From contig NZ_JMCB01000008.1 in assembly GCF_000737315.1 (NCBI RefSeq), positions 20,001 to 144,000 of the forward strand: a stretch of DNA of 124,000 nucleotides. The letters are read 5' to 3'. The notes beneath the pieces were generated by a model. That model worked only from the letters and a program-made list of their open reading frames with translations, ran no database searches and was not told the origin of the DNA. The translations under genes were made by a program, and so were the position numbers. Positions 92,511-104,539 of this stretch are shown here, one piece after another. The DNA is from Hyalangium minutum (lineage in GTDB: Bacteria > Myxococcota > Myxococcia > Myxococcales > Myxococcaceae). How positions within the stretch are numbered: position 1 is the stretch's first letter; every line of letters starts with the position of its first letter.

Positions 92511-94811
92511 ATGATCCGGCTGGCCATCACCGTGCGAGGAGTCGTGCAGGGCGTGGGCTTCCGTCCCTTTGTCCACGCGGCGGCCACGGCCCGGGGGCTG
92601 TCGGGGTGGGTCCGCAACCGCACCGACGGTGTCCGCATCGAGGTGGAGGGGCCAGCGCCCCGCGTGAGCGACTTCCAGAGGGCCCTCGAGCGCGAAGCCC
92701 CTCCAGCGGCCCGCTTGGAGCACATGGGTGTCGAAGCGCTGCCGCTCCAGCGAGAACTCGGCTTCCGCATCCTCGAGAGCGATCCGAGCGCACCTCCCCG
92801 GCCCAGCATCCCAGCGGACCTGGCCACCTGCCCGGACTGCCTGGAGGAGGTGGTCTCCACGAGTGCGCGGCGCTTCCAGTACCCCTTCACCAACTGCACG
92901 CGCTGCGGGCCTCGGTGGACGATCATTGAAGCCCTGCCCTACGATCGGGCTCGCACGTCCATGAAGGCCTTCGCGATGTGCTCGGTCTGTGAGGCCGAGT
93001 ACCGCGACACACGGGACCGGCGCTTCCACGCCCAGCCCGTCGCATGTCCCGCGTGCGGCCCCTCGCTGCGGCTGCTTGGCCCCGAGGGGGATTGCCTGCG
93101 CGAAGGGGAAGCCGCACTGCGAGAGGCCGTGAAGGAAGTGCTCGCCGGAGGAATCCTCGCCCTCCAAGGGCTGGGGGGATTCCAGCTCCTCGTAGATGCC
93201 ACCGTCCCTGCGTCGGTCGAGCTCCTGCGCCAGCGCAAACGCCGTCTGGAGAAGCCCTTCGCGGTGATGTTTCCCTCGCTCGATCAGGTACGTACGGTCT
93301 GCGAGCTGGCCTCGGAGGAAGCGGCGGTGCTCACCTCCCCTGCAGCCCCCATCGTGCTCCTCCGCAAGCGCCTCTCCGGCGGCGCGAAGCCATGGGTCGC
93401 TGACGCGGTGGCTCCAGGCAACCCATGGCTGGGCGCGCTGCTGCCCTCCACACCCCTGCACCGAATGCTGCTCGATCTGGCGGAGCGCCCTCTGGTGTGC
93501 ACCAGCGGCAACCTCACCGACGAGCCCCTCTGCACCGCTCCCGGCGAGGCGCTGGATCGGCTGCGCGGAGTCGCCAGCCTGTTTCTGGTGCATGACCGGC
93601 CCATCCTCCGCCCGGTCGATGACTCCGTGGTGCGGATGGGACCGAACGGTCCGCTCGTGCTGCGCCGAGCCCGGGGTTATGCACCTCTCCCTCTGTCACT
93701 CCGTGCCGCTCCCCCGTACCTGTTGGCGCTTGGAGGCCACCTGAAGGGAACCGTCGCCCTCACTGTGGGAGAGCAAGCGGTGGTGAGCCAGCACTTGGGA
93801 GATCTGGGCTCTATCGAGGGCGCACGGCTCCTGGAGCGCACCGTGGAGGATCTGCTCCGGCTGTTCGAGGTGCACCCAGAAGCCGTCGCGTGCGATCTCC
93901 ACCCAGACTATGCCTCTACCCGGCTGGGCGAGCGCCTCTGCGAGCGCTGGGGAGTCCCACTCATCCAAGTGCAGCACCACCACGCCCACATCGCGGCGGT
94001 CATGGCTGAGCACGGACTCTCCGGCCCCGTACTCGGGCTCGCCTGGGACGGAGCAGGACTGGGAACAGACGGCACGCTGTGGGGCGGCGAGGCGCTGATC
94101 GTCGAAGGCGCGCGGTTCCGCCGGGTGGCACACCTTCGCCCCTTCCGCCTGGCCGGGGGAGAACAGGCCCAGCGAGAGCCTCGGCGGGCGGCGCTCGGAC
94201 TGCTCCACGCGATGGAGGGGCCTGGGGCCACCGTGCACCTGCGGGACGCCTTCACTGCGCACGAGGCGGACGTGCTCCTGGCCATGCTCGGGCGAGGGCT
94301 CCAGTCGCCGTTCACCACCAGCATGGGGCGGCTGTTCGACGCGGTCGCGGCGCTCTCCGGCGTCCAGCTGCGGACGAGCTTCGAGGGCCAGGCCGCCATG
94401 GCGCTCGAGTTCGCCGCAGGAGAGGACGCGGCCGTGGAGCCCTACCCTCTCCCACTGCGGAACGGCGAGCCTGCTGCGGCGGACTGGGAGCCTCTCATCC
94501 GAGCCCTGCTCGGGGATCGAACCCAAGGCGCGCCAGCCTCTCTCATGGCCCGCCGCTTCCACGCCTCGCTGGTCAGCCTGGCCGAAGCCATCGCGTCGCG
94601 GGCGGGCCTGCCCCACGTGGTGCTCGCGGGCGGGTGCTTCCAGAACCTGCGCCTGCTGCGGGACATCCAGGCACGCCTGCGCTCGCGAGGCTTCGAGGTG
94701 TGGACACCCCAGCAGTACCCACCCAACGACGGCAGCCTGTCCCTGGGCCAGCTCGCCGTCGCGGCATACCGCTACGAGGAGGCGCGCGATGTGTCTCGGC
94801 ATCCCCGGTGA
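92511..94811 (+). CDS. hypF: Carbamoyltransferase HypF
   Basis: [10 protein letters not shown] acylphosphatase domain, two CxxC-CxxC zinc fingers, CDLHP.Y, QHHHAH, DGAGLG.D, NDG.LSLGQ. Confidence 0.96.
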   Translation: MIRLAITVRGVVQGVGFRPFVHAAATARGLSGWVRNRTDGVRIEVEGPAPRVSDFQRALEREAPPAARLEHMGVEALPLQRELGFRILESDPSAPPRPSIPADLATCPDCLEEVVSTSARRFQYPFTNCTRCGPRWTIIEALPYDRARTSMKAFAMCSVCEAEYRDTRDRRFHAQPVACPACGPSLRLLGPEGDCLREGEAALREAVKEVLAGGILALQGLGGFQLLVDATVPASVELLRQRKRRLEKPFAVMFPSLDQVRTVCELASEEAAVLTSPAAPIVLLRKRLSGGAKPWVADAVAPGNPWLGALLPSTPLHRMLLDLAERPLVCTSGNLTDEPLCTAPGEALDRLRGVASLFLVHDRPILRPVDDSVVRMGPNGPLVLRRARGYAPLPLSLRAAPPYLLALGGHLKGTVALTVGEQAVVSQHLGDLGSIEGARLLERTVEDLLRLFEVHPEAVACDLHPDYASTRLGERLCERWGVPLIQVQHHHAHIAAVMAEHGLSGPVLGLAWDGAGLGTDGTLWGGEALIVEGARFRRVAHLRPFRLAGGEQAQREPRRAALGLLHAMEGPGATVHLRDAFTAHEADVLLAMLGRGLQSPFTTSMGRLFDAVAALSGVQLRTSFEGQAAMALEFAAGEDAAVEPYPLPLRNGEPAAADWEPLIRALLGDRTQGAPASLMARRFHASLVSLAEAIASRAGLPHVVLAGGCFQNLRLLRDIQARLRSRGFEVWTPQQYPPNDGSLSLGQLAVAAYRYEEARDVSRHPR

Positions 94812-95040
94812 GGTGCTGTCCACGGTGGAGGGCCCGCTGCGCATGGGGCGCGTGGCCTTCGGCCAGGTCATCAAGGAGGTGTGCCTGGCCTATGTCCCCG
94901 AGGCCCAGCCCGGAGACTTCGTCGTGGTGCATGCCGGCTTCGCCATCAGCCGTGTGGATCCGGAGGGAGCCCTGCGTGTCTTCGCCTACCTGGAGGAGCT
95001 GGGCGAGACGGCCGAGAAGCTGGGAGGCCAATCCCCATGA
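94789..95040 (+). CDS. hypC: HypC
   Basis: [15 protein letters not shown]. Confidence 0.96.
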   Translation: MCLGIPGEVLSTVEGPLRMGRVAFGQVIKEVCLAYVPEAQPGDFVVVHAGFAISRVDPEGALRVFAYLEELGETAEKLGGQSP

Positions 95041-96131
95041 GGTATGTAGAAGAATACCGAGGCGCGGAGGAGGCCCACCGGTTTGTCCAGGCGCTCCACG
95101 CCCGGGTGACGCGGCCCTGGACGCTGATGGAGATCTGCGGGGGGCAAACGCACGCCATCGTCCGCTTCGGGATCGACCAACTGCTGCCGCCAGGACTCAC
95201 CCTCCTGCACGGTCCTGGCTGCCCGGTCTGCGTCACCTCGGTGGAGACCTTGGACAAGGCGCTGGCCATCGCCTCGCGGCCCGGCGTCGTGTTCTGCTCG
95301 TTCGGCGACATGCTCCGAGTGCCTGGCTCGGAGCGGGACTTGCTCTCGGTCAAGGCGGCGGGGGCGGACGTGCGCATCGTCTACTCGCCCATGGATGCGC
95401 TGGCCCTGGCCGAGCGGCTGCCCGGGCGCGAGGTCGTCTTCTTCGCCGTGGGCTTCGAGACCACCGCTCCGGCCAGCGCCATGGCCGTGCACGAGGCGCG
95501 GCGGCGGGGGCTGCGCAACTTCTCGCTCTTGGCGGCCCACGTCCTGGTGCCACCGGCGATGGAAGCGATCCTCGCGGACCGGAACCGGCGGGTGGATGGC
95601 TTCCTGGCCGCCGGCCACGTGTGCACGATCATGGGCATGGAGGCATACGGCCCGCTGGCGCGAGCGTACCGGGTCCCCATCGTCGTCACTGGCTTCGAGC
95701 CGCTGGACCTGCTGCAGGGCATCCACATGTGCGTGGCGCAGCTGGAGGATGGGCGCGCCGCGGTGGAGAACCAGTACGCCCGCGCCGTGCGGCCCCCGGG
95801 CAACGCACCTGCCCAGGCCATGCTGCAAGCGGTGTTCGAGGTGGTGCACCGCACGTGGCGGGGTATCGGCCCCATTCCATCGAGCGGCTTGGGGCTCCGC
95901 GCCGCCTACGCGGACTGGGACGCCGAGCGGAAGTTCGGCGTGTCCGCGGTGGGTGGCCGAGAGGACGCGGAGTGCCGGAGCGGCTCGGTGTTGCGAGGCC
96001 TGCTCAAGCCGCCCGAGTGCCCCGCCTTCGGCACCCGCTGCACACCCGAGACGCCGCTGGGAGCGACGATGGTGTCCTCCGAGGGCGCCTGTGCGGCCTA
96101 CTACCGCTACCGGAGGTTCACCGGCCCATGA
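95037..96131 (+). CDS. hypD: HypD
   Basis: [27 protein letters not shown]-like [12 protein letters not shown]. Confidence 0.96.
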   Translation: MRYVEEYRGAEEAHRFVQALHARVTRPWTLMEICGGQTHAIVRFGIDQLLPPGLTLLHGPGCPVCVTSVETLDKALAIASRPGVVFCSFGDMLRVPGSERDLLSVKAAGADVRIVYSPMDALALAERLPGREVVFFAVGFETTAPASAMAVHEARRRGLRNFSLLAAHVLVPPAMEAILADRNRRVDGFLAAGHVCTIMGMEAYGPLARAYRVPIVVTGFEPLDLLQGIHMCVAQLEDGRAAVENQYARAVRPPGNAPAQAMLQAVFEVVHRTWRGIGPIPSSGLGLRAAYADWDAERKFGVSAVGGREDAECRSGSVLRGLLKPPECPAFGTRCTPETPLGATMVSSEGACAAYYRYRRFTGP

Positions 96132-97174
96132 GCACCCTCTTGAACCGGAGCTGCCCCGCACCGCTGAAGCACAGCACCATCCAGCTCGCGCACGGAGGAG
96201 GCGGACGGCTCATGCGCCAGCTCATCGAGGAGGTCTTCCTGGAGCCGCCTCCCGCCCTGGCGTGGACCGAGCGCCATGACAGCGCGGTGGTCCCCCTCGG
96301 CACGGAGCGACTGGCGCTCACCACGGACTCCTACGTGGTGACCCCTCGCTTCTTCCCTGGGGGAGACATCGGCAAGCTCGCGGTGTACGGCACGGTGAAC
96401 GACCTGGTCATGTCCGGGGCACGCCCGCTGTACCTGAGCGCGGGCTTCATTCTGGAGGAGGGGCTGGCGATGGAGGAGCTGCGCCGGGTGGTGGCCTCCA
96501 TGCGCGAGGCCGCCCGGGAGTGCGGCGTGAGGCTCGTCACGGGAGACACCAAGGTGGTGGACCGAGGCAAGGCGGATGGGCTCTTCATCAACACCTCGGG
96601 CGCGGGCCATGTGCCCGAGGGCCGCTCCGTCCACCCGAGGCGCGTGAGGCCAGGGGACGCGGTGCTCGTCTCTGGAGACGTGGGGCAGCACGGCATCGCC
96701 GTCCTCTCGGTGCGCGAGGGGCTCGCTTTCGAGACTCCCGTTCAGAGCGACTGCTCGCCGCTCACGCCGCTGGTGGAGGCGCTCTTCAGCGCGGGGGTGG
96801 ATGTGCATGCCCTGCGAGACACGACGCGAGGGGGGCTGGCCTCGGCCCTCAATGAACTGGCCCTCGATGGTGGAGTGAGTGTCCTCTTGGAGGAGACCTC
96901 GGTGCCGGTGAACGAGGCGGTCTCGGGAGCCTGCGAGTTGCTGGGCCTGGATCCCCTCTACGTGGCCTGCGAGGGGCGCATGGTGGCCTTCGTGCCCGAA
97001 CCCCAGGCAGAGGTGGCCTTGGCGGCCCTGCGCGGCCATCCCCTCGGTGTGGCAGCGGCCCGGATTGGGCGTGTCACCGAGGGCCCCGCGGGCAGGGTGT
97101 CTCTGCGCACGCGCCTCGGCGGACACCGGCTCTTGGATCTGCTCTCCGGGGAACAGCTCCCGCGCATCTGCTGA
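96128..97174 (+). CDS. hypE: HypE
   Basis: [29 protein letters not shown], terminal GEQLPRIC. Confidence 0.97.
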   Translation: MSTLLNRSCPAPLKHSTIQLAHGGGGRLMRQLIEEVFLEPPPALAWTERHDSAVVPLGTERLALTTDSYVVTPRFFPGGDIGKLAVYGTVNDLVMSGARPLYLSAGFILEEGLAMEELRRVVASMREAARECGVRLVTGDTKVVDRGKADGLFINTSGAGHVPEGRSVHPRRVRPGDAVLVSGDVGQHGIAVLSVREGLAFETPVQSDCSPLTPLVEALFSAGVDVHALRDTTRGGLASALNELALDGGVSVLLEETSVPVNEAVSGACELLGLDPLYVACEGRMVAFVPEPQAEVALAALRGHPLGVAAARIGRVTEGPAGRVSLRTRLGGHRLLDLLSGEQLPRIC

Positions 97175-97182
97175 AGCGCCGC

Positions 97183-99636
97183 TCACCCCGCCCTGCGCAA
97201 GCGGATCCAGCGGCGCACCAACTTGGCCAACTCCAGCGCCGTCACGGGGATGAGACCGAGCGCGAACATGAGCACCATCTCATTCCAGGGCAGAGGCACC
97301 AACTCGAAGAGGGTCCGCACCGCGGGAATCTCATAGAGCGCCCCCTGGATGAGCACAGACACGAGGATGACTCCGAGCAGCACCCGGTTGGTGAAGACAC
97401 CCACCTCCCAGAAGATGCGCGTGGAACTCCGGGCGATGAACGAGCGCAATAGCTCCGCGAAGACAAGCGTGGAGAACGCCAGCGAGCGGGCCCGCTCCAA
97501 GTGCGCCGCGGGATCCGCCCACAGGAAGACCCCGAGCACCACGGCCGCCTCGAGCGCACCGGCGGCGAAGATGGTGCGCCACTGAGCGCCTCCGAGCATC
97601 GGCTCATCGGGGCGGCGCGGTGGGGCCTGCAGCAGCTCGAGCCGGGCGGGGTCCATCACCAGCGCCAGCGCCGGCAGGCTGTCCGTCATGAGGTTGATCC
97701 AGAGCAGCTGCAACGGAACCAGGGGTAGGGGTTGGCCCATCAGCAGGGCGATGACCATCAGCAGGAGTTCACCCACATTGCCCACGAGCAGATACACCAG
97801 CGTCTTGCGAATGTTCTCGTAGATGGCGCGGCCCTCGCGGATGGCCGCCACGATGGTGGCGAAGTTGTCATCGGTGAGGACGATGTCCGCGGCCTCACGC
97901 GTCACCTCGGTGCCGGTGCGCCCCATGGCAATACCGATGTGAGCCTCGCGCAGCGCGGGCGCATCATTCACGCCGTCCCCGGTCATCGCCACCACCTCGC
98001 CGCGCTCCTTCCAGCGCCGGACGATGCGCAGCTTCTCCTCGGCGGTGACGCGGGCGTGGATCAGCTCGGAGGGGTCATCGCCCTCGCGAACGATTCCCAG
98101 CTCACGCCCGATGGCGAGCGCCGTCACGGGGTGATCGCCGGTGATCATCACCGTGCGGATTCCCGCCGCCCGTGCCGCAGCGACGGCCTCGATGGCCTCG
98201 GGCCGGGGCGGGTCCGCCATGCCCATCAACCCCAGCAGCTGGAGCCGCTCCTCCTCCGGACCCGAGCCCCGAGCCACGGCCAGCACCCGGAGTCCTCGAG
98301 AGGCCATCGCCTCGGCCTTCGCGAGCGCCCCTTCGGTGCCAGAGGTGCAGCGCGAAAGCAGGACCTCGGGCGCGCCCTTGACGGAGAGGACGCCATCCGC
98401 GCGCAGCACGGACATCCGCTTCCGCTCGGAGTCGAAGGGCTGCACGGCCACGCGGGGGTTCTCGCGCTCGATCTGCTCGCGCTGGATGCCACGCTCCAGG
98501 GCCGCGCGCAGCAGGGCCAGCTCCGTGGGGTCTCCTGTTCCTTCCTTCCCTTCGGGCCCGAGACTCGCGTCACAGCACGACGCCGCAGTCCGGAGGAGCG
98601 CCTCCTCATCTGAGCCCCACAGCTCGCGCACCGCCATGCTACCCGTGGTGAGCGTGCCGGTCTTGTCGGTGCACACCACCGTCGCCGAGCCCAGCGTCTC
98701 CACGGCCTGGAGCCGGCGCACCAGGGCATGCCGGCTCGCCATCCGCCGCACGCCCAACGCCAGGGCAATGGTCACCACGGCTGGAAGCCCTTCGGGCACG
98801 GCCGCCACCGCCAGCGAGATGGACGAGAGCAGCACGGGCAGCCAGCCCATGCCCCGCAGCAGGCCCAGCGCCGCCACAAGCAGCACGATACCGCCGCAGA
98901 CGATCAACAGCGCCTGGGTCACCCGGTTGAGCCGCTGTTGCAGCGGCGTCTCCGTGTCCTCGGCGGAGGCAAGCAGGTGGGCAATCTGCCCCAGCTCCGT
99001 GCGCATGCCAGTGGCGGTCACCACCGCCGTGCCCGTCCCTCGCGACACCGCGGTTCCCATGAACACACGGTCCGTGCGCTGCGCCAGGGGTGTTCCCTCG
99101 GGCGTGGGCCGGATGGACTTGTCCACGGGGGCGCTCTCTCCGGTGAGCGGCGCCTCGCTCGTGGCGAGCGAGTAGGCCTCCAGCAGCTGCGCATCCGCGG
99201 CCACAATGTCGCCCGCCTCTAGGAGCAGCACATCTCCCGGGACGATCTCCGCCGCAGGCAGATCGATGGGGTACCCATCGCGCAGGACACGGGCCCGGGG
99301 CGCGGTCATGGAGCGCAGCGCCTGCATGGCCTGCTCGGCCTTGAATTCCTGAGCGAACCCGACGAGCGCGTTGAGCACCACGATGATGCCAATAGCGATG
99401 GCGTCCGCCCGCTCCCCCATCAGGAAGGAGGCGACACTGGCCGCGATCAGCAGAGCGATCATCGGTGAGCGGAACTGATCCAGGAAGAGGCGCCAGCGGG
99501 GCCGAGCGGCCTCCCGGCGAATCTCGTTCCGCCCGGACTCGAGCAGGCGGCGTGCGGCCTCTGAGGTGGTCAATCCCGGGTTCATGGCTCCAGGGAGAGG
99601 GTACTCGCTGGAAGGCAGCGGGGTGGTGACGGCCAT
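97183..99636 (-). CDS. Cation-transporting P-type ATPase (P2-type)
   Basis: [36 protein letters not shown]; start uncertain. Confidence 0.93.
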   Translation of the reverse strand: MAVTTPLPSSEYPLPGAMNPGLTTSEAARRLLESGRNEIRREAARPRWRLFLDQFRSPMIALLIAASVASFLMGERADAIAIGIIVVLNALVGFAQEFKAEQAMQALRSMTAPRARVLRDGYPIDLPAAEIVPGDVLLLEAGDIVAADAQLLEAYSLATSEAPLTGESAPVDKSIRPTPEGTPLAQRTDRVFMGTAVSRGTGTAVVTATGMRTELGQIAHLLASAEDTETPLQQRLNRVTQALLIVCGGIVLLVAALGLLRGMGWLPVLLSSISLAVAAVPEGLPAVVTIALALGVRRMASRHALVRRLQAVETLGSATVVCTDKTGTLTTGSMAVRELWGSDEEALLRTAASCCDASLGPEGKEGTGDPTELALLRAALERGIQREQIERENPRVAVQPFDSERKRMSVLRADGVLSVKGAPEVLLSRCTSGTEGALAKAEAMASRGLRVLAVARGSGPEEERLQLLGLMGMADPPRPEAIEAVAAARAAGIRTVMITGDHPVTALAIGRELGIVREGDDPSELIHARVTAEEKLRIVRRWKERGEVVAMTGDGVNDAPALREAHIGIAMGRTGTEVTREAADIVLTDDNFATIVAAIREGRAIYENIRKTLVYLLVGNVGELLLMVIALLMGQPLPLVPLQLLWINLMTDSLPALALVMDPARLELLQAPPRRPDEPMLGGAQWRTIFAAGALEAAVVLGVFLWADPAAHLERARSLAFSTLVFAELLRSFIARSSTRIFWEVGVFTNRVLLGVILVSVLIQGALYEIPAVRTLFELVPLPWNEMVLMFALGLIPVTALELAKLVRRWIRLRRAG

Positions 99637-99860
99637 GACAAGGACTCCAGCGGTCGACACTGTGGCAGCCCCTCCCCTTTTCACATCCCGCGCCAGCAGC
99701 CCCACCTTGAACCGGACCGGTGTTGCCCTGGGAGGGGCTGCCTCCCAGGCTGCCCTCATGAGTCTCCTCACGCGCGGTTCATGCCTATCAAGAAGGAAGC
99801 ACCGAGTGCGGCCCGGCGCTGGACCGCACCTCACAGACGGCCTCGAGGAGGGAGCAGGCC

Positions 99861-102320
99861 ATGGAACTGACGATGCCGCCGAAGAAGGGGCCCGTGACGC
99901 GAGGCGTACCTGGGCAGGAGCCAGGCCCACGAGAGGAGCCCCCTGCCCTGGTGATCTGGTTCGAGTCTCTCTCCCGAGGAGACACGGCCATCGCGGGGGG
100001 CAAGGGAGCGAATCTGGGGGAGCTACAGAAGGCGGGCCTGCCAGTGCCTCGGGGCTTCGTGGTCACCGCCGCGGCCTTCCAGGCGTCCATGGAGCCCATC
100101 CGCTCCAAGCTGACGGACCTCTGGCGGCGCATCGATCCGGACAAACCCGAGTCGCTCGCCATCCTGTCCGATGAGCTGAAGAAGCTCGTGCGCAAGATCG
100201 AGTTCCCAGCCTCGTTGCGCTCGGCCCTGCTCTTGGCCTATCGCCAGCTGGGGAAGGATCGAGCGGTCGCCGTCCGCTCGTCCGCGACGTCCGAGGACAC
100301 GGCCGCCACCTCGTTCGCGGGGATGCACGAGACGTTCACCAACGTGGTGGGAGAGGAGGCGGTGCTCGACAAGGTGCGCGAGTGCTGGAGCTCCGCCTAT
100401 GGCCAGCGCGTAGTGGCCTACCGCAAAAGCCAGGGTGTCTCCGAGGAGCCCACCCTCGCCGTGGTGGTGCAGGAGATGGTGGACTCGGCGCGCTCGGGGG
100501 TGATGTTCACCGCGGATCCGGCGACAGGCAGCCGGGATCGGCTCATCATCGAGGGCGCCTTCGGACTGGGCGAGGTGGTCGTCGGCGGGCAGGTGGAGCC
100601 GGACACCTACGCTGTGGACAAGCAGCACATGCGGGTGCTGGAGGTCCGCGTTGGCCACAAGGACTACCAGATCGTCCGTGAGGGACACGGGCAGGAGCGC
100701 CGCGTGGATCTGTCGCCCGAGGAAGCGAGCCGCCGCGTGCTGAAGGACGAAGAGGTGCTGGAGCTCGCGCGGCTGGGGCTGAACGTGGAGCAGCACTACG
100801 GCTCGCCGCAGGACGTGGAGTGGGCCGAGTCGGGGGGGCGCATGTACCTCGTCCAGTCGCGGCCCATCACCACCCTGACGGAGACTGTGGGCCCAGCGAA
100901 GAGGTTGTCCCGAACGAAGGAGCCCGTGCTCGTCACGGGGATGGGCGCCTCCCCTGGCATCGTCTCGGGCCGCGTGCGCGTCCTACACAAGCCCGAGGAA
101001 GGGCGGCACCTGCGCAAGGGCGAGATCCTCGTGGCGCCGATGACATCTCCGGACTGGGTGCCCACGCTGCGCCGGGCCGCCGCCATCATTACGGACAGCG
101101 GCGGAATCACGTGCCACGCCGCGATTGTCAGCCGTGAGCTGCGGATCCCCTGCGTGGTGGGGACACGCATGGCCACTCGGGTGCTCCGCGATGGGGAGGA
101201 GATCACGGTGGATGGCGCCACGGGTCAGGTGCGCGCAGGGCTGGAGGAAACTCCTACCGCCGAGCCCACGAACGCCACCGTCCAGAGAGCCCCAGCCATG
101301 GCTGTGAGTCCCGGGGATCCGGAGCCGCTGGCCACGCGCCTCTATGTCAACCTGGCGATGCCGGGACAGGCGAAGGAAGTGGCGGCGATGCCGGTGGACG
101401 GTGTGGGCCTGCTCCGCGCCGAGTTCATGCTGACGGACGCGCTCGGGGGAGTGCACCCGAAGCGGCTGCTAGCGCTCGGGAGACGCCAGGAGTTCATGGA
101501 CAAGCTGTCCGGGTCGCTGCTGGAGATCACCCGCGCATTCCGGCCACGACCGGTCGTCTATCGGACCACGGACTTCCGCACCAACGAGTTCCGGGGACTG
101601 GAGGGTGGCGCCGAGTTCGAGTCCGCCGAGGCCAACCCGATGATCGGCTATCGCGGCTGCTACCGGTACATCCGTGAGCCGGAGATCTTCCAGCTCGAGC
101701 TGGAGGTACTGGCGCGGGTACGCGAGGAGACGTCCAACCTGCACGTGATGATTCCCTTCGTGCGCACGAAATGGGAGCTGGAGGCGTGCCTGGAAGCCAT
101801 CGATCGAAGCCCGCTGGGGCGGCAGCGAGGGCTGGAGCGCTGGGTGATGGCAGAGGTGCCCTCGGTGGTGTACCGCATCCCCGAGTACGCGCGCATGGGC
101901 ATCACGGGCGTGTCCATCGGCTCCAATGATTTGACGCAGCTCATGCTGGGGGTGGATCGGGACTCGGAGGTGTGCGCGGAGCTGTTCGACGAGTCGGACG
102001 CGGCGGTGCTGGATGCGATTGTGCGCATCATCCGGGCCAGCCTCGAGGCGGGCATCACCTGCTCCTTGTGTGGCCAGGCGCCCTCCAACCGCCCCGAGTT
102101 CGCCGAGCACCTGGTGCGCGCGGGCATCACCTCCATCTCGGTGGACCCGGGGGCGGTGGGCTCGGCGCGGAGGGTGATCGCGGCAGCAGAGCGGCGCTTG
102201 CTGCTGGAGGCCGCGAGGCAAGGAGGCGCCCGTGGAAGCGACGATGCGCGCGATGGTGCTCCCAGCGCCTGGACAACCCCTGCGGGAAGAACGATGGCCC
102301 CTGCCCATCCCAGGTCCTGA
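99861..102320 (+). CDS. ppsA: Phosphoenolpyruvate synthase
   Basis: [50 protein letters not shown]. Confidence 0.94.
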   Translation: MELTMPPKKGPVTRGVPGQEPGPREEPPALVIWFESLSRGDTAIAGGKGANLGELQKAGLPVPRGFVVTAAAFQASMEPIRSKLTDLWRRIDPDKPESLAILSDELKKLVRKIEFPASLRSALLLAYRQLGKDRAVAVRSSATSEDTAATSFAGMHETFTNVVGEEAVLDKVRECWSSAYGQRVVAYRKSQGVSEEPTLAVVVQEMVDSARSGVMFTADPATGSRDRLIIEGAFGLGEVVVGGQVEPDTYAVDKQHMRVLEVRVGHKDYQIVREGHGQERRVDLSPEEASRRVLKDEEVLELARLGLNVEQHYGSPQDVEWAESGGRMYLVQSRPITTLTETVGPAKRLSRTKEPVLVTGMGASPGIVSGRVRVLHKPEEGRHLRKGEILVAPMTSPDWVPTLRRAAAIITDSGGITCHAAIVSRELRIPCVVGTRMATRVLRDGEEITVDGATGQVRAGLEETPTAEPTNATVQRAPAMAVSPGDPEPLATRLYVNLAMPGQAKEVAAMPVDGVGLLRAEFMLTDALGGVHPKRLLALGRRQEFMDKLSGSLLEITRAFRPRPVVYRTTDFRTNEFRGLEGGAEFESAEANPMIGYRGCYRYIREPEIFQLELEVLARVREETSNLHVMIPFVRTKWELEACLEAIDRSPLGRQRGLERWVMAEVPSVVYRIPEYARMGITGVSIGSNDLTQLMLGVDRDSEVCAELFDESDAAVLDAIVRIIRASLEAGITCSLCGQAPSNRPEFAEHLVRAGITSISVDPGAVGSARRVIAAAERRLLLEAARQGGARGSDDARDGAPSAWTTPAGRTMAPAHPRS

Positions 102321-103254
102321 GCAGTTCCTGCTGCGAGTGCGGGCCTGCGCGGTGTGCCGCACGGACCTGCACGTGCTGGACGGCGAGCTGCCGCACGCGA
102401 AGCAGCCACTGGTGCTCGGGCACGAGATCGTCGGGACGGTGGTGGGCCTGGGCTCACGGGTGACGGACCTCGCCCTGGGCACGCGCGTGGGAGTACCGTG
102501 GCTCGGATGGACGTGTGGCCACTGTGGCGCATGTACCTCGGGCCGGGAGAACCTGTGCGCGGAGGCGCGCTTCACGGGGTACCAGCTCGATGGCGGATAC
102601 GCGGAGTACACGGTGGCCGATCACCGGTTCTGCTTTCCGCTCCCCGAGGGCTACCCGGATGTGCAAGCGGCGCCGCTGCTGTGCGCGGGGCTGATTGGGT
102701 ACCGGAGTCTGCGGCTTGCGGGCCCAGGCGAGCGACTGGGGCTGTATGGCTTTGGAGCGGCGGCCCACGTCCTCATTCAGGTGGCACGCCACCAGGGCCG
102801 GAGGGTGTACGCCTTCACACGCCCAGGAGACGCGGCGGGACAGGCGTTCGCCCGAGAACTGGGGGCGGAGTGGGCGGGCAGCTCCGAGCAGTTGCCTCCG
102901 GAGCCCCTGGATGCGGCCATCCTCTTCGCGCCAGTGGGAGCCTTGGTGCCCCTGGCCCTGAGAGCGACGGTTCCCGGGGGCGTGGTGGTGTGCGGAGGCA
103001 TCCACATGAGTGACATCCCCGCCTTCCCCTACGCACTGCTGTGGGGCGAGCGGGTGGTGCGCTCGGTGGCCAACCTGACGCGGCAAGACGGGCGGGAGTT
103101 CCTCGCGCTCGCACCGCGAGTGCCGGTACGCACCGAGGTACAGAGCTACCCATTGGAGGCAGCGGCACAGGCGCTCGAAGATCTGCGGGCGGGGCGGGTG
103201 CGCGGAGCAGCGGTGCTGGACCTGACCGGCAGCCCAGCCCCCCTTGAGGGGTGA
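102244..103254 (+). CDS. Zinc-dependent alcohol dehydrogenase
   Basis: VCRTD, GHE, CGHCGAC..G.ENLC, LCAG, G.YGFG. Confidence 0.92.
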   Translation: MRAMVLPAPGQPLREERWPLPIPGPEQFLLRVRACAVCRTDLHVLDGELPHAKQPLVLGHEIVGTVVGLGSRVTDLALGTRVGVPWLGWTCGHCGACTSGRENLCAEARFTGYQLDGGYAEYTVADHRFCFPLPEGYPDVQAAPLLCAGLIGYRSLRLAGPGERLGLYGFGAAAHVLIQVARHQGRRVYAFTRPGDAAGQAFARELGAEWAGSSEQLPPEPLDAAILFAPVGALVPLALRATVPGGVVVCGGIHMSDIPAFPYALLWGERVVRSVANLTRQDGREFLALAPRVPVRTEVQSYPLEAAAQALEDLRAGRVRGAAVLDLTGSPAPLEG

Positions 103255-103483
103255 TGGAAAACCTTTCCAGGGCGTCCAAGTGCTCACCCATCTTGTGACT
103301 CGCCATCAGCGCTGGGCTTCGTGCGTCCACCCGCACTGCTGCTCCTGGTGCTCCTGCTGGGCGGGGCGGTGATGCTGGCGCTCGGGCTCGCGCTGCTTTT
103401 CTGGCCCCGCGCGCTCCTTCACTTCTGAGGAGGGCCGCAGACGGGCGATGCCACTCCTCCACCGCCCCACACGTGCCTCCAGG

Positions 103484-103969
103484 CTACGCCTTCACCTTCC
103501 CCTCTGGCGCCGTGCCCTGAACAGCGATCCGCTTCGGCTGGACCGCCAGCGTCTTGGGCACGTTCACGGTGAGGATGCCCTCCTTGAGTTCCGCGCGGAT
103601 CTGATCGGCGTTGATGCCCACCGGCAGAGAGAAGGTCCTCGTGAACGTGCCCGCCGAGCGCTCGGAGCAGTAGTACGTATCCGTCTCCGAGACCTGCTCG
103701 GCCTCGCGCTTGCCCGAGAGGGTGAGGCGGTTGTTGGTGACTTGGATGTCGAGGTCCTGCTCACGAAAACCGGGCACGTCTGCCTTGAAGACGTAGGCGT
103801 CCTTCGTCTCCCAGACATCGAAGGCAGGGACATACGTCCCCAGCCGCTCCGGAAGCAGCTGGGACATCGGCTCCAGGTTCAGCATCTCACGCATGGTCTG
103901 GAACAGATCCCACGGGAGCAGCGAGCGGCGGGTCGTCGGGACAGCTTCACCTCTCCTGATGATGGCCAT
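103484..103969 (-). CDS. Hsp20/alpha-crystallin small heat-shock protein
   Basis: P.FDV.ET, ADVPG, L.LSGKR, ER..G.F.RTF.LP, GILTV..PK. Confidence 0.93.
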   Translation of the reverse strand: MAIIRRGEAVPTTRRSLLPWDLFQTMREMLNLEPMSQLLPERLGTYVPAFDVWETKDAYVFKADVPGFREQDLDIQVTNNRLTLSGKREAEQVSETDTYYCSERSAGTFTRTFSLPVGINADQIRAELKEGILTVNVPKTLAVQPKRIAVQGTAPEGKVKA

Positions 103970-104138
103970 ATTTCCTCCTGAGATTGACAACTCCCGCACC
104001 AGACGGCCTGGTGAGTAGAACCGCCGTGGCTGGGCGGGGGGCGGAACGTGGTGATGGGGCACGCGAGGACAACTGGCCTTCGAGGGCATATGCCCTGGGG
104101 TGCAGGAGCCTTGTTGGAATCAGGCTCGGCTCCCTACC

Positions 104139-104351
104139 TCATGGGTTTATCTGCACGGTGGGCTCTTCAACCTCCCTGCCCAACCCGGGGCGCAGATCGA
104201 ACGCCCTGCAGCCGCTGGCTCCAAAGACCTTCAGCTCGAAGCGCGAGAGCTCTGGATGAAGGCACCGTGCTTCTTCGCTCGCCACGGGTCTGCGAGAGAG
104301 ACTCGCGAAGTATTTGCAGTTCTGGCAGTGCCCCCAGTTTCGGTCGGTCAT
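104139..104351 (-). CDS. Small Cys-rich hypothetical protein (70 aa)
   Basis: MTDRNWGHCQNCKYF...RC.HP...SGC; upstream AAGGAGG SD; start inferred. Confidence 0.6.
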   Translation of the reverse strand: MTDRNWGHCQNCKYFASLSRRPVASEEARCLHPELSRFELKVFGASGCRAFDLRPGLGREVEEPTVQINP

Positions 104352-104539
104352 GGTTCTTGCCACCTCCTTTCTGCAAGCTGGACGGTGTGGGCGGAGGCGC
104401 CAACTCGTGGCGGACAGGTCCAGCGGTCCCTCCTTGCACCTGCTCGGCACGATCCCACCCGCAAGCATCCGCGCGAACGGTCGCACGGCGCACCTCTCAC
104501 GCCTCTCCAGTGCAGCTGGGCGGATCGCAACGCGCCGCC

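Noticed and set aside
102244-102320. 77-bp overlap between ppsA and adh
   Set aside because: Most likely a non-conserved C-terminal run-on of ppsA; all catalytic motifs end earlier
103310-103428. Hydrophobic frame LGFVRPPALLLLVLLLGGAVMLALGLALLFWPRALLHF after adh
   Set aside because: No in-frame start found and family not recognisable; probably another relic but unsupported
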